Notes: generated from the sequence alone by a model not told the origin. A DNA stretch of 64,000 nucleotides from Eledone cirrhosa (GCA_964016885.1 OZ024746.1:71424001-71488000); one strand, 5' to 3'. Positions 29,133 to 44,495 are shown, counted from the first letter of the stretch. Made by a program: numbers and translations.

Positions 29133-29929
29133 ATTATTTGCTTTATTTTGGATTGGCTGTATCTGTAGAGGGTCGGACGCCATGCTTTCCAGCATAGTTA
29201 CGTCCCTTTACGATCTGAGTTCAAATCCCGCCGAGGTTAACTTTGCCTTTCATCCTTACGGGGTCGATAAAATAAAGTACCAGTAATGCACTGGATAATT
29301 GCTGGCCTTGTGCCTAAAGTAGAAACAATTATTTGCTTTATTTTGGATTGGCAGTATCGGTAGAGGGTCGGACGCCATGCTTTCCAGCATAGTTACGTCC
29401 CTTTACGATCTGAGTTCAAATCCCGCCGAGGTTAACTTTGCCTTTCATCCTTACGGGGTCGATAAAATAAAGTACCAGTAATGCACTGGATAATTGCTGG
29501 CCTTGTGCCTAAAGTAGAAACAATTATTTGCTTTATTTTGGATTGGCAGTATCGGTAGAGGGTCGGACACCATGCTTTCCAGCATAGTTACGTCCCTTTA
29601 CGATCTGAGTTCAAATCCTGCCGAGGTTAACTTTGCCTTTCATCCTTACGGGGTCGATAAAATAAAGTACCAGTAATGCACTGGATAATTGCTGGCCTTG
29701 TGCCTAAAGTAGAAACAATTATTTGCTTTATTTTGGATTGGCAGTATCGGTAGAGGGTCGGACGCCATGCTTTCCAGCATAGTTACGTCCCTTTACGATC
29801 TGAGTTCAAATCCCGCCGAGGTTAACTTTGCCTTTCATCCTTACGGGGTCGATAAAATAAAGTACCAGTAATGCACTGGGTAATTGCTGGCCTTGTGCCT
29901 AAAGTAGAAACGATTATTTGCTTTATTTT
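29133..29929 (+). mobile_element. Four tandem SINE copies (195-bp unit = SINE + TSD)
   Basis: GATTGGC at 29151, 29346, 29541 and 29736; ATTATTTGCTTTATTTT present five times. Confidence 0.9.
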
Positions 29930-30280
29930 CTATTCATAAGTAATGTTTTCTATTCTAGTGCCTTTTACTTTAAGACTTGACAGAGTTGCTATTGTTGTTA
30001 TAGCTGTTGATGTTGGTGATGCTGTTGTCGTTAAAGTTGTTTTTGCTGTTGTTTTACAACCGATCAACTCTGATCAACCCATGAGTAGACAAATAGCAAT
30101 CCAGTGGTGACCCTCCAGTTTACTACGAGAAATCAACCCTACATTGACGAATACGTGTGCATTCTTTATTCAAGACAATAGAGTTTAATTCGAGAGAGAT
30201 TTGGGAGCTATTTCTATCAGCAAGAAAGAATAGATTAAGGGTTATTATTATTGAAATGACTATTAGAAAAAAATTTGAAA

Positions 30281-33200
30281 AAATATTGAAACAGTTATGT
30301 TATATAGTAGTGTGGTGTGGTGTTGACAGTAACAGATATTGAAACAGTTATGTTATATAGTAGTGTGGTGTAGACGGTAACAGATATTGAAACAGTTCTG
30401 TTGTATAGTAGTGTGGTGTAGACAGTAACAGATATTGAAACAGTTCTGTTATATAGTAGTGTGGTGTGGTGTTGACAGTAACAGATATTGAAACAGTTCT
30501 GTTATATAGTAGTGTAGTGTGGTGTAGACAGTAACAGATATTGAAACAGTTCTGTTGTATAGTAGTGTGGTGTGGTGTAGACAGTAAAAGATATTGAAAC
30601 AGTTCTGTTGTATAGTAGTGTGGTGTAGACAGTAACAGATATTGAAACAGTTCTGTTATATAGTAGTGTGGTGTTGACAGTAACAGATATTGAAACAGTT
30701 CTGTTATATAGTAGTGTGGTGTAGACAGTAACAGATATTGAAACAGTTCTGTTATATAGTAGTGTGGTGTAGACAGTAACAGATATTGAAACAGTTCTGT
30801 TGTATAGTAGTGTGGTGTTGTGTTGACAGTAACAGATATTGAAACAGTTCTGTTATATAGTAGTGTGGTGTAGACAGTAACAGATATTGAAACAGTTCTG
30901 TTGTATAGTAGTGTGGTGTGGTGTAGACAGTAACAGATATTGAAACACTTCTGTTGTATAGTAGTGTGGTGTTGTGTTGACAGTAACAGATATTGAAACA
31001 GTTCTGTTATATAGTAGTGTGGTGTAGACAGTAACAGATATTGAAACAGTTCTGTTGTATAGTAGTGTGGTGTGGTGTAGACAGTAACAGATATTGAAAC
31101 AGTTCTGTTGTATAGTAGTGTGGTGTGGTGTAGACAGTAACAGATATTGAAACAGTTCTGTTATATAGTAGTGTGGTGTTGTGTTGACAGTAACAGATAT
31201 TGAAACAGTTCTGTTATATAGTTGTGTGGTGTAGACAGTAACAGATATTGAAACAGTTCTGTTGTATAGTAGTGTGGTGTGGTGTAGACAGTAACAGATA
31301 TTGAAACAGTTCTGTTATATAGTAGTGTGGTGTGGTGTTGACAGTAACAGATATTGAAACAGTTCTGTTGTATAGTAGTGTGGTGTTGACAGTAACAGAT
31401 ATTGAAACAGTTCTGTTATATAGTAGTGTGGTGTAGACAGTAACAGATATTGAAACAGTTCTGTTATATAGTAGTGTGGTGTAGACAGTAACAGATATTG
31501 AAACAGTTCTGTTATATAGTAGTGTGGTGTAGACAGTAACAGATATTGAAACAGTTCTGTTATATAGTAGTGTGGTGTGGTGTAGACAGTAACAGATATT
31601 GAAACAGTTCTGTTGTATAGTAGTGTGGTGTGGTGTTGACAGTAACAGATATTGAAACAGTTCTGTTGTATAGTAGTGTAGTGTGGTGTTGACAGTAACA
31701 GATATTGAAACAGTTCTGTTATATAGTAGTGTGGTGTAGACAGTAACAGATATTGAAACAGTTCTGTTGTATAGTAGTGTGGTGTAGACAGTAACAGATA
31801 TTGAAACAGTTCTGTTATATAGTAGTGTGGTGTAGACAGTAACAGATATTGAAACAGTTCTGTTATATAGTAGTGTGGTGTGGTGTAGACAGTAACAGAT
31901 ATTGAAACAGTTCTGTTGTATAGTAGTGTGGTGTGGTGTTGACAGTAACAGATATTGAAACAGTTCTGTTGTATAGTAGTGTGGTGTGGTGTTGACAGTA
32001 ACAGATATTGAAACAGTTCTGTTATATAGTAGTCTGGTGTGGTGTTGACAGTAACAGATATTGAAACAGTTCTGTTATATAGTAGTGTGGTGTGGTGTTG
32101 ACAGTAACAGATATTGAAACAGTTCTGTTATATAGTAGTGTGGTGTAGACAGTAACAGATATTGAAACAGTTCTGTTATATAGTAGTGTGGTGTGGTGTA
32201 GACAGTAACAGATATTGAAACAGTTCTGTTGTATAGTAGTGTGGTGTGGTGTTGACAGTAACAGATATTGAAACAGTTCTGTTGTATAGTAGTGTGGTGT
32301 GGTGTTGACAGTAACAGATATTGAAACAGTTCTGTTATATAGTAGTCTGGTGTGGTGTTGACAGTAACAGATATTGAAACAGTTCTGTTATATAGTAGTG
32401 TGGTGTAGACAGTAACAGATATTGAAACAGTTCTGTTATATAGTAGTGTGGTGTGGTGTTGACAGTAACAGATATTGAAACAGTTCTGTTATATAGTAGT
32501 GTGGTGTAGACGGTAACAGATATTGAAACAGTTCTGTTGTATAGTAGTGTGGTGTAGACAGTAACAGATATTGAAACAGTTCTGTTATATAGTAGTGTGG
32601 TGTAGACAGTAACAGATATTGAAACAGTTCTGTTATATAGTAGTGTGGTGTGGTGTTGACAGTAACAGATATTGAAACAGTTCTGTTGTATAGTAGTGTG
32701 GTGTGGTGTTGACAGTAACAGATATTGAAACAGTTCTGTTATATAGTAGTGTGGTGTTGACAGTAACAGATATTGAAACAGTTCTGTTATATAGTAGTGT
32801 GGTGTGGTGTTGACAGTAACAGATATTGAAACAGTTCTGTTGTATAGTAGTGTGGTGTGGTGTTGACAGTAACAGATATTGAAACAGTTCTGTTGTATAG
32901 TAGTGTGGTGTGGTGTTGACAGTAACAGATATTGAAACAGTTCTGTTATATAGTAGTGTGGTGTAGACAGTAACAGATATTGAAACAGTTCTGTTGTATA
33001 GTAGTGTAGTGTGGTGTAGACAGTAACAGATATTGAAACAGTTCTGTTGTATAGTAGTGTGGTGTGGTGTAGACAGTAACAGATATTGAAACAGTTCTGT
33101 TATATAGTAGTGTGGTGTAGACAGTAACAGATATTGAAACAGTTCTGTTATATAGTAGTGTGGTGTAGACAGTAACAGATATTGAAACAGTTCTGTTGTA

Positions 33201-36200
33201 TAGTAGTGTGGTGTGGTGTAGACAGTAACAGATATTGAAACAGTTCTGTTGTATAGTAGTGTGGTGTGGTGTAGACAGTAACAGATATTGAAACAGTTCT
33301 GTTATATAGTAGTGTGGTGTGGTGTTGACAGTAACAGATATTGAAACAGTTCTGTTGTATAGTAGTGTGGTGTTGTGTTGACAGTAACAGATATTGAAAC
33401 AGTTCTGTTATATAGTAGTGTGGTGTGGTGTTGACAGTAACAGATATTGAAACAGTTCTGTTATATAGTAGTGTGGTGTGGTGTTGACAGTAACAGATAT
33501 TGAAACAGTTCTGTAATATAGTAGTGTGGTGTGGTGTAGACAGTAACAGATATTGAAACAGTTCTGTTATATAGTAGTGTGGTGTGGTGTAGACAGTAAC
33601 AGATATTGAAACAGTTCTGTTATATAGTAGTGTGGTGTGGTGTTGACAGTAACAGATATTGAAACAGTTCTGTTGTATAGTAGTGTGGTGTTGACAGTAA
33701 CAGATATTGAAGCAGTTCTGTTATATAGTAGTGTAGTGTGGTGTTGACAGTAACAGATATTGAAACAGTTCTGTTATATAGTAGTGTAGTGTGGTGTAGA
33801 CAGTAACAGATATTGAAACAGTTCTGTTATATAGTAGTGTAGTGTGGTGTAGACAGTAACAGATATTGAAACAGTTCTGTTATATAGTAGTGTGGTGTGG
33901 TGTTGACAGTAACAGATATTGAAACAGTTCTGTTGTATAGTAGTGTGGTGTTGACAGTAACAGATATTGAAACAGTTCTGTTATATAGGAGTGTGGTGTT
34001 GTGTTGACAGTAACAGATATTGAAACAGTTCTGTTATATAGTAGTGTAGTGTGGTGTAGACAGTAACAGATATTGAAACAGTTCTGTTATATAGTAGTGT
34101 GGTGTGGTGTTGACAGTAACAGATATTGAAACAGTTCTGTTGTATAGTAGTGTGGTGTTGACAGTAACAGATATTGAAACAGTTCTGTTATATAGTAGTG
34201 TAGTGTGGTGTTGACAGTAACAGATATTGAAACAGTTCTGTTGTATAGTAGTGTGGTGTGGTGTTGACAGTAACAGATATTGAAACAGTTCTGTTATATA
34301 GTAGTGTAGTGTGGTGTTGACAGTAACAGATATTGAAACAGTTCTGTTGTATAGTAGTGTGGTGTGGTGTTGACAGTAACAGATATTGAAACAGTTCTGT
34401 TATATAGTAGTGTGGTGTGGTGTAGACAGTAACAGATATTTAAACAGTTCTGTTGTATAGTAGTGTGGTGTGGTGTTGACAGTAACAGATATTGAAACAG
34501 TTCTGTTATATAGTAGTGTGGTGTGGTGTTGACAGTAACAGATATTTAAACAGTTCTGTTATATAGTAGTGTGGTGTGGTGTAGACAGTAACAGATATTG
34601 AAACAGTTCTGTTATATAGTAGTGTGGTGTGGTGTAGACAGTAACAGATATTGAAACAGTTCTGTTATATAGTAGTGTGGTGTGGTGTAGACAGTAACAG
34701 ATATTGAAACAGTTCTGTTATATAGTAGTGTGGTGTGGTGTAGACAGTAACAGATATTGAAACAGTTCTGTTATATAGTAGTGTGGTGTGGTGTAGACAG
34801 TAACAGTTATTGAAACAGTTCTGTTATATAGTAGTGTGGTGTGGTGTTGACAGTAACAGATATTGAAACAGTTCTGTTATATAGTAGTGTGGTGTAGACA
34901 GTAACAGATATTGAAACAGTTCTGTTATATAGGAGTGTAGTGTGGTGTAGACAGTAACAGATATTGAAACAGTTCTGTTATATAGTAGTGTGGTGTTGAC
35001 AGTAACAGATATTGAAACAGTTCTGTTATATAGGAGTGTGGTGTGGTGTAGACAGTAACAGATATTGAAACAGTTCTGTTATATAGTAGTGTAGTGTGGT
35101 GTAGACAGTAACAGATATTGAAACAGTTCTGTTATATAGTAGTGTGGTGTTGACAGTAACAGATATTGAAACAGTTCTGTTATATAGGAGTGTGGTGTGG
35201 TGTAGACAGTAACAGATATTGAAACAGTTCTGTTATATAGTAGTGTAGTGTGGTGTAGACAGTAACAGATATTGAAACAGTTCTGTTATATAGTAGTGTG
35301 GTGTTGACAGTAACAGATATTGAAACAGTTCTGTTATATAGGAGTGTGGTGTGGTGTAGACAGTAACAGATATTGAAACAGTTCTGTTATATAGGAGTGT
35401 GGTGTTGTGTAGACAGTAACAGATATTGAAACAGTTCTGTTATATAGTAGAGTGGTGTGGTGTAGACAGTAACAGATATTGAAACAGTTCTGTTATATAG
35501 TAGTGTGGTGTGATGTAGACAGTAACAGATATTGAAACAGTTCTGTTATATAGTAGTGTGGTGTGGTGTTGACAGTAACAGATATTGAAACAGTTCTGTT
35601 ATATAGTAGTGTGGTGTGGTGTTGACAGTAACAGATATTGAAACAGTTCTGTAATATAGTAGTGTGGTGTAGTGTTGACAGTAACAGATATTGCAACAGT
35701 TCTGTTATATAGTAGTGTGGTGTTGTGTTGACAGTAACAGATATTGAAACAGTTCTGTTATATAGTAGTGTGGTGTGGTGTTGACAGTAACAGATATTGA
35801 AACAGTTCTGTTATATAGTAGTGTGGTGTGGTGTTGACAGTAACAGATATTGAAACAGTTCTGTTATATAGTAGTGTGGTGTTGACAGTAACAGATATTG
35901 AAACAGTTCTGTTATATAGTAGTGTGGTGTGGTGTTGACAGTAACAGATATTGAAACAGCTCTGTTATATAGTAGTGTGGTGTTGACAGTAACAGATATT
36001 GAAACAGTTCTGTTATATAGTAGTGTGGTGTGGTGTTGACAGTAACAGATATTGAAACAGTTCTGTTATATAGTAGTGTGGTGTTGACAGTAACAGATAT
36101 TGAAACAGTTCTGTTATATAGTAGTGTGGTGTGGTGTTGACAGTAACAGATATTGAAACAGTTCTGTTATATAGTAGTGTGGTGTGGTGTTGACAGTAAC

Positions 36201-36645
36201 AGATATTGAAACAGTTCTGTTATATAGTAGTGTGGTGTTGACAGTAACAGATATTGAAACAGTTCTGTTATATAGTAGTGTGGTGTGGTGTTGACAGTAA
36301 CAGATATTGAAACAGTTCTGTTGTATAGTAGTGTAGTGTGGTGTTGACAGTAACATATATTGAAACAGTTCTGTTATATAGTAGTGTGGTGTGGTGTTGA
36401 CAGTAACAGATATTGAAACAGTTCTGTTATATAGTAGTGTGGTGTGGTGTTGACAGTAACAGATATTGAAACCGTTCTATTGTATAGTAGTGTAGTGTAG
36501 ACAGTAACAGATATTGAAACAGTTCTATTGTATAGTAGTGTAGTGTTGACAGTAACAGATATATAAACAGTTCTATTGTATAGTAGTGTAGTGTTGACAG
36601 TAACAGATATATAAACAGTTCTATTGTATAGTAGTGTGGTGTGTA
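30281..36645. repeat. 48/53-bp minisatellite, ~125 copies
   Basis: GACAGTAACAGATATTGAAACAGTTCTGTTRTATAGTAGTGTGGT(GTGGT)GTW. Confidence 0.95.
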
Positions 36646-36744
36646 AAATAACAGATATGTTACGGTGTTGAGGTCAGCAATAATAGAAACATTGTGCTGA
36701 TGATGGTAAAGATGTAATATTTTGTTATTTCGATGTTAGATAAT

Positions 36745-38570
36745 GTTGTTATTGTCTTGTTACTGTTGTATTGGTTATTGTGGTTGTTGTTATTACTGTT
36801 GTATTGGTTATTGTTGTTGTTGTTGTTGTTACTGTTGTATTGGTTATTGTTGTTGTTGTTGTTGTTATTTGTTACTGTTGAATTGGTTATTGTTGTTGTT
36901 GTTGTTATTACTGTTGTATTGGTTATTGTTGTTGTTGTTATTACTGTTGTATTGGTTATTGTAGTTGTTGTTGTTGTTATTATTACTGTTGTATTGGTTA
37001 TTGTAGTTGTTGTTGTTGTTGTTGTTATTACTATTGTATTGGTTATTGTAGTTGTTGTTGTTGTTGTTATTATTACTGTTGTATTGGTTATTGTAGTTGT
37101 TGTTGTTGTTATTATTACTGTTGTTTTGGTTATTGTAGTTGTTGTTGTTGTTGTTGTTATTATTACTGTTGTATTGGTTATTGTTGTTGTTATTACTGTT
37201 GTATTGGTTATTGTAGTTGTTGTTATTACAGGTGTATTTTTACTCCGATTGTCATTGCTGTTATTGTGTTTGTTTTATTTGTCGTTTATTTATTGTTGTT
37301 ATTGTTATTGTTGGTGTTGTTGGTGGTGGTGGTGTTGGTGGTGGTGGTGGTTGTGGGGTTGGTTGTGGTGGTGTTGGTGTTCGTGGTGTTGGCGGTGGTG
37401 TTGGTTGTGGTGGTGGTGTTGGTTGTGGTGGTGTTGGTGGTGGTGGTATTGGTGGTGGTGGTGTTGGCGGTGTTGGTGGTGTTAGTGTTGGTGGTGGTGG
37501 TGGTGGTGGTGTTGGTTGTGGTGGTGTTGGTGGTGGTGGTGGTGTTCGTGGTGTTGGTGGTGGTAGTGTTGGTGGTGTTGGTTGCGGTGGTGTTGGTGGT
37601 GGTGGTGTTGGTGGTGGTGTTGGTGGTGTTGGTTGTGGTGGTGTTGTTGGTGGTGGTGTTGGTGGTGGTGGTGGTGGTGGTGGTGGTGGTGGTGTTGGTG
37701 GTGGTGGTGTTGGTTTTGGTGGTGTTGGTGGTGGTGGTGTTGGTGGTTGTGGTGCTGGTGGTGGTGGTGGTGGTGGTGGTGTTCGTGGTGTTGGTGGTGG
37801 TAGTGTTGGTGTTGTTGGTTGCGGTGGTGTTGGTGGTGGTGGTGTTGGTGGTGGTGTTAGTGGTGGTAGTGTTGGTGGTGTTGGTTGTGGTGGTGTTGTT
37901 GGTGGTGGTGTTGATGGTGGTGGTGGTGGTGGTGTTGGTGGTGGTGGTGTTGGTTCTGGTGGTGTTGGTGGTGGTGGTGTTGGTGGTTGTGGTGCTGGTG
38001 GTGTTGGTGGTGGTGGTGTTGGTTCTGGTGGTGTTGGTGGTGGTGGTGTTGGTGGTTGTGGTGCTGGTGGTGGTGGTGGTGTTCGTGGTGTTGGTGGTGG
38101 TAGTGTTTGTGGTGTTGGTGGTGTTGGTGGTGTTTGTGGTGGTGGTGTTGGTGGTGGTGGTATTGGTGGTGGTGGTGTTGGTGGTGTTGGTGGTGTTCGT
38201 GTGTTGGTGGTGGTAGTGTTGGTGGTGTTGGTTGTAGTGGTGTTGGTGGTGGTGGTGTTGGTGGTGGTGGTGGTTGTGGTGTTGGTTGTGGTGGTGTTAG
38301 TGGTGGTGGTGTTGGTGGTGGTGGTGTTGGTGGTGACAGTGTTGGTAGTGTGGTGGTGTTGGTGGTGTTGTTAGTGGTGATGTTGGTGCTGTTGGGGCTG
38401 TTGTTGTTGGTGATGCTGGTGGTGGTGTTGGTGGTGTTGTTAGCGATGGTGTTGGTGGTGTAGATGGTGTTGGTGGTGTTGATGTTGATGTTGGTGGCCG
38501 TGGTATTGGTTGTGGTAGTGTTGGTGGGGTTGTTAGTGGCGTAGTTAGTGGTGGTGGTGGTGGTGCTGGT
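36745..38570. repeat. GTT/GGT low-complexity tract
   Basis: Direct reading. Confidence 0.9.
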
Positions 38571-38920
38571 CGACATTTTTGAAACTTGCAGCAATATAAT
38601 GTATATTTGTTAGTATTGTTGTTTGTTTAGTTATTATTGTTACTCTTTTTGTTGTTGTTATTGTTGTCGTTGTTCTTCTTATCATTGTTGATGTCGTTGT
38701 TCTTACTGTTGGTGTTGTTGCTGGTCGTGATCTTTAATTCTTGCAGGGGGTATAGTATGTGGTTTTTACAGTTACGGCTGTTGTCTTTGTCGTTGACTTC
38801 GTTGTTGTTGTTGTGGTTGCTGTTGGTATATTATGTCCCTGGAGTTACAATTTGGTGTGGCTCTATTCAATATTTAGACAGAAACATTTTGTCAAACCGT
38901 CACGCAGATGAGTGTCTCCT

Positions 38921-38962
<42 letters not shown>

Positions 38963-38986
38963 CTCTCTCTCTCTCTCCTCTCTCTC

Positions 38987-39095
<109 letters not shown>

Positions 39096-39393
39096 GTATA
39101 TATATACCTTTCATTTATATATATATATATATGTGTGTGTGTCTTTCTGTCTCTATGTGTGTGTGTATATATATATATATATGTGTCTCTGTGTATTACC
39201 ACGAGCTTTATCCCTTCACCCACACAGACATATGCACTATGCACATGTACGCACCCGCAAAGTAAGTTATGTATATACATACACATACACACGAACTCAC
39301 ACAACCTCATATAACCTAAGACCGCCTCTAGCCGGTAATAAATGAAGGGGATCACTAAGAGTTTGACCACATCGTCCACTCAATACACATACA

Positions 39394-39518
<125 letters not shown>

Positions 39519-39654
39519 GCTCAGACCTTAACATTCTGTGATAATAATTGTAATGTTTATTACCCAAGAACATATCGTATATAGGTCAATATACGCATCT
39601 GTACACACATACGCCTACGCACGTTTATACATACATACACATATATATATATAT

Positions 39655-39827
39655 GAAAAAGTATGACCCCGACGGCAGAGCTCAAGCCGTTTCGACAGCT
39701 ATTTCTGGACTATTCCAGAAATAGCCGTGGGGGCCATACTTTTTCCTATTTCCCACTCTACGACCCTAAGTATTGAGTACGCTGGTGCGTTATGGTCCAT
39801 TTGGTTCTTTACCACAATTCCTTTGTT
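39655..39827. mobile_element. Same family, foldback copy
   Basis: Shared sequence; TA flanks. Confidence 0.75.
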
Positions 39828-40261
39828 ATATATATATATATATATATATGAAAAACAAGGGAAAGAAGAATACTGCATGGTTGCACATGGATTACATATT
39901 ATAAAAATAGTCCCTCATCAGTGATTTTGCCAACCATCATTGGTATTTCATATATATATATAATCCTATCGGCTGGAACACGCAATAGAGTAATAGAATA
40001 TAAACACACACCAGACACACAGGTGTCCTAAATTACAATCACCCAAATAAACTAATTAGCCTGGAGTATCTCACAACACATACAACCTCTCACAGCGTCT
40101 ACCCTTCATACGTATTATTCTCTTTCTTACCTTTTTACGATCACCATTACATTGGTTATTGTACTCTCCGAGTAGGATGGTCTCATACCTCACTCAAACA
40201 TTCCCAACACCTTCTTCAAATCCTCTACTCGTCACGTATATTGATATCTTCTCCCTTACAC

Positions 40262-42180
40262 TAACCACAGCGCCACTCCACCACACCACCACTACACCAC
40301 AGCGCCACTCCACCACACCACCACTCCACCACACCATCACTACACCACAACGCCACTCCACCACACCACCACTCCACCACACCACCACTCCACCACACCA
40401 CCACTCCACCACACCACCACTCCACCACACCACCACTCCACCACACCACCACTACACCACAGCGCCACTCCACCACACCACTACACCACAACGCCACTAC
40501 ACCACAGCGCCACTCCACCACACCACCACTACACCACACCACCACAGCGCCACTCCACCACAACGGCACTCCACCACACCACCACTACACCACATCACCA
40601 CTCCACCACACCGCCACTACACCACAGCGCCACTCCACCACACCACTACACCACACCACGACTACACCACACCACCACTCCCCCCCCCCCCCCCCCCCCA
40701 CCACTACACCACAGCGCCACTCCACCACACCACCACTCCACCACACCACCACTACACCCAAGCACCACTCCACCACACCACCACTCCACACCACCACTAC
40801 ACCACAGCGCCACTCCACCACACCATCACTCCACCACACCACCACTCCACCACATCACCACTACACCACAACGCCACTACACCACACCGCCACTCCACCA
40901 CACCACGACTACACCACAACGCCACTCCACCACACCACCACTCCACCACCACACCACTACACCACAGCGCCACTACACCACACCACGACTACACCACACC
41001 GCCACTATACCACAACACCACTACACCACACCACCACACCACCACTACGCCACTACACCACACCAACACTCCACCACTCCGCCACTCCACCACACCACCA
41101 CACCACTACTCCACCTCTACGGCACTACACCACACCGCCACTCCACCACTACGCTACTACACCACACCGCCACGATACCCCAACACCACTACACCACACC
41201 ACCACACCACCACTACGCCACTACACCACACCAACACTCCACCACTCCGCCACTCCACCACACCACCACACCACTACTCCACCTCTACGGCACTACACCA
41301 CACCGCCACTCCACCACTACGCTACTACACCACACCGCCACGATACCCCAACACCACTACACCACACCACCACACCACCACTACGCCACTACACCACACC
41401 AACACTCCACCACTCCGCCACTCCACCACACCACCACACCACTACTCCACCTCTACGGCACTACACCACACCGCCACTCCACCACTACGCTACTACACCA
41501 CACCGCCACGATACCCCAACACCACTACACCACACCACCACACCAACACTCCACCACTCCACCACACCACTACTCCACCACTACGCTACTACACCACACC
41601 GCCACTCCACCTCTACGCCACTCCACCACACCACCACACCACTACTCCACCTCTACTCCACTACACCACACCGCCACTCCACCACACCACCACTCCACCA
41701 AACCACCACTACACCACAGCGCCACTACACCACACCACCACTCCACCACACCGCCACTATACCACTCCACCACTCCACCACTCCACCACACCACTACTCC
41801 ACCACTACGCTACTACACCACACCGCCACTCCACCTCTACGCCACTCCACTACACCACCACTCCACCACACCACCACTCCTCCACCACACCACTACTCCA
41901 CCACTACGCTACTACACCACACCGACACTCCACCTCTACGCCACTCCACTACACCGCCACTCCACTACACCACCACACCACCACTACGCCACTACACCAC
42001 ACCAACACTCCACCACTCCGAAACTCCACCACTCCACCACACTACTACTCCACCACAACGCTACTACACCACACCGCCACTCCACTACACCGCCACTCCA
42101 CTACACCGCCACTCCACCACACCACCACTCCACCACACCACCACTCCACCACTACGCTACTACACCACTCTGCCACTTTA
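40262..42180. repeat. CCACT/CACCA cryptic minisatellite with a 168-bp higher-order triplication
   Basis: GATACCCCAAC at 41174, 41342 and 41510. Confidence 0.85.
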
Positions 42181-42543
42181 CCACCAAGCCACGACGCCTG
42201 ATTTACCCTCTCCCCTATCGCAGCTCGTCGAGACTTTGTGGAATTCCTTCCAAACGCATGTGTTTTTTCCCTTGCAGTTTTAGACATGCAAATGTTGAAG
42301 AGGGTCGTTAATCGTGTCGCTCTCTCCAGTCTCGGAGGGACTCTGACGGCTATGGGCACATCCAATGTAATCCAATTATATATATCAACGCACATACACA
42401 CATATATATGTGTGTGTGTTTATGTGTGTGTGTGTGCGTGTGTGTGTGTGTGTGTGTGTGCGTATGTGTGTGTGTCTGTGTGTATAATATATGTATAAAT
42501 ATATATATATTTATAAATATATATATATATAGAGACATATATA

Positions 42544-42622
42544 TTGGGTCGTCAAGAATGAAATTTGTAGAAATTTATAGAAAAAAAACTAATTTCTACA
42601 TATTTCATACTTGACGACCCAA
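42544..42622. mobile_element. ~80-bp Tc1/mariner-like MITE
   Basis: TIR TTGGGTCGTCAAG/CTTGACGACCCAA with extended pairing; TA on both sides. Confidence 0.65.
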
Positions 42623-42653
42623 TATATATATATGCACATATATAAATAGAATG

Positions 42654-42685
<32 letters not shown>

Positions 42686-44037
42686 TATATATACATGGAT
42701 ACATATGTACATGTGTATCTATGTATGTGTGTGTGTGTAAGGAACAGCTTTTCGTTTAAACATATTACATGGAAAACACGACTGTGTTCCAGTTACATAA
42801 TTTTTATCAAGGAGCTTTCGTATTTCGCTACTAGTTCTTTATGCCTGACTTGGAAAAAGCTGAGTTCCTAAATCCACGTGTTTTGCGGAGCCTTCACCGT
42901 CCTTTAGAAACTCAATAGTCATACTTGAGGCGAATTGCTCATGTGTTTAGCAGTGATCATAAAGGATCATGGGAATGGTAGGAAATTATGGACATCTGAT
43001 TAAATTTTTCTTCGATGTTTAAAGCATGGCAGTTAGTATAATTTCTTTCGCGTATGGTGCCTCTGCTAATTTTTAGTTTATATTTTCATGTAAACCTTCC
43101 ATAGTGATGTCCTTGTGGCATAATGTAGTGCTATTTAATATATATATATATATATATATCAATAATTGTATCTACTTTAGGCACAAGGCCAGCAATTACC
43201 CAGTGCACTACTGGTACTTTATTTTATCGACCCCGTAAGGATGAAAGGGAAAATGGAAACTTTCTCTCTCTCTCTGAATATATATATATATATGCAAGTA
43301 AGTATGTATGTATACGTACATACATATATGTATACAGACGTACAGTAGTATGTATATATATATATATACATACATGCACACATATATATATATATGCACG
43401 TATCGGTTTACCGAACATTTATTATAATGTTCGGTTTGTTTGTAAACAAACAAACAGCCCGAAATACGCCGTACAGTGTTTAGGCAACCACGTCACCTTT
43501 TTGTTCAACACTGACACAGGAACGATGTACTAGTTTCAAGCTTATTAGCTATCGTCAGCATCGTATACCTTCCTGCCAGATGGTTGAACGTCTGAAAGTA
43601 TATACTTTCCTTATGCATATTAACGGCTGAGCAGCCTAATTTGCATATCGAATGAGTTTAGTCGGCCGGGCACACCGAAAACGATAAATGGAATAGAATG
43701 AAACGAAATTTCATTTCTCACTCTTAGTACGGCACTTACTTAAATGTAAGTATGTATGTATGTATGTATACGTACATACATATATGTATACAGACGTATA
43801 CATATATGTATACAGACGTACCGAACATTATAATAAATATATACAGTCGTACCGAACATTATAATAAATGTTCAGTAAACCGATACGTGCATATATATAT
43901 ATGTGTGCATGTATGTATATATATACATGCTACTGTACGTCTGTATACATATATATATGTACGTATACATACATACTTACATTTAAGTAAGTGCCGTACT
44001 AAGAGTGAGAAATGAAATTTCGTTTCATTCTATTCCA

Positions 44038-44136
<99 letters not shown>

Positions 44137-44371
44137 TTAAAAGAATAGAGGTGTAACACACAAGTTATTATATATTGGTAAACGGAATAGAAAATGCAAA
44201 CATCACGGACGCTCTATCTCAAAATTATTTTTGAAAAGCATTAGAAATGCGCAACAGGTAAAACTTAAAACCAAAACTGAATACTAACCAATACAATTAC
44301 TAATTCTCACTTATTCCTAATTAAACTATTTGTCACTGTGAACAATTTGTCAGCATTTTCTATTCCGTTTA

Positions 44372-44443
<72 letters not shown>

Positions 44444-44459
44444 CATATATATATATATA

Positions 44460-44495
<36 letters not shown>

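Noticed and set aside
30281-36645. CRISPR-like array or minimal hammerhead (GAAACAGTTCTGT)
   Set aside because: No unique spacers or cas genes in a eukaryotic context; the upstream CAGATAT does not match the HHR core
37217-38374. Gly-rich 385-aa ORF
   Set aside because: GGT/GTT simple-repeat tract grading into flanking low complexity, with essentially a single codon used
40159-42201. 680-aa Thr/Pro/His mucin-like ORF
   Set aside because: Derived from a CA-rich cryptic minisatellite that lacks stop codons by composition
42275-42370. Possible plus-strand exon after TTTTTTCCCTTGCAG
   Set aside because: Weak donor and no recognisable peptide or supporting neighbouring exons
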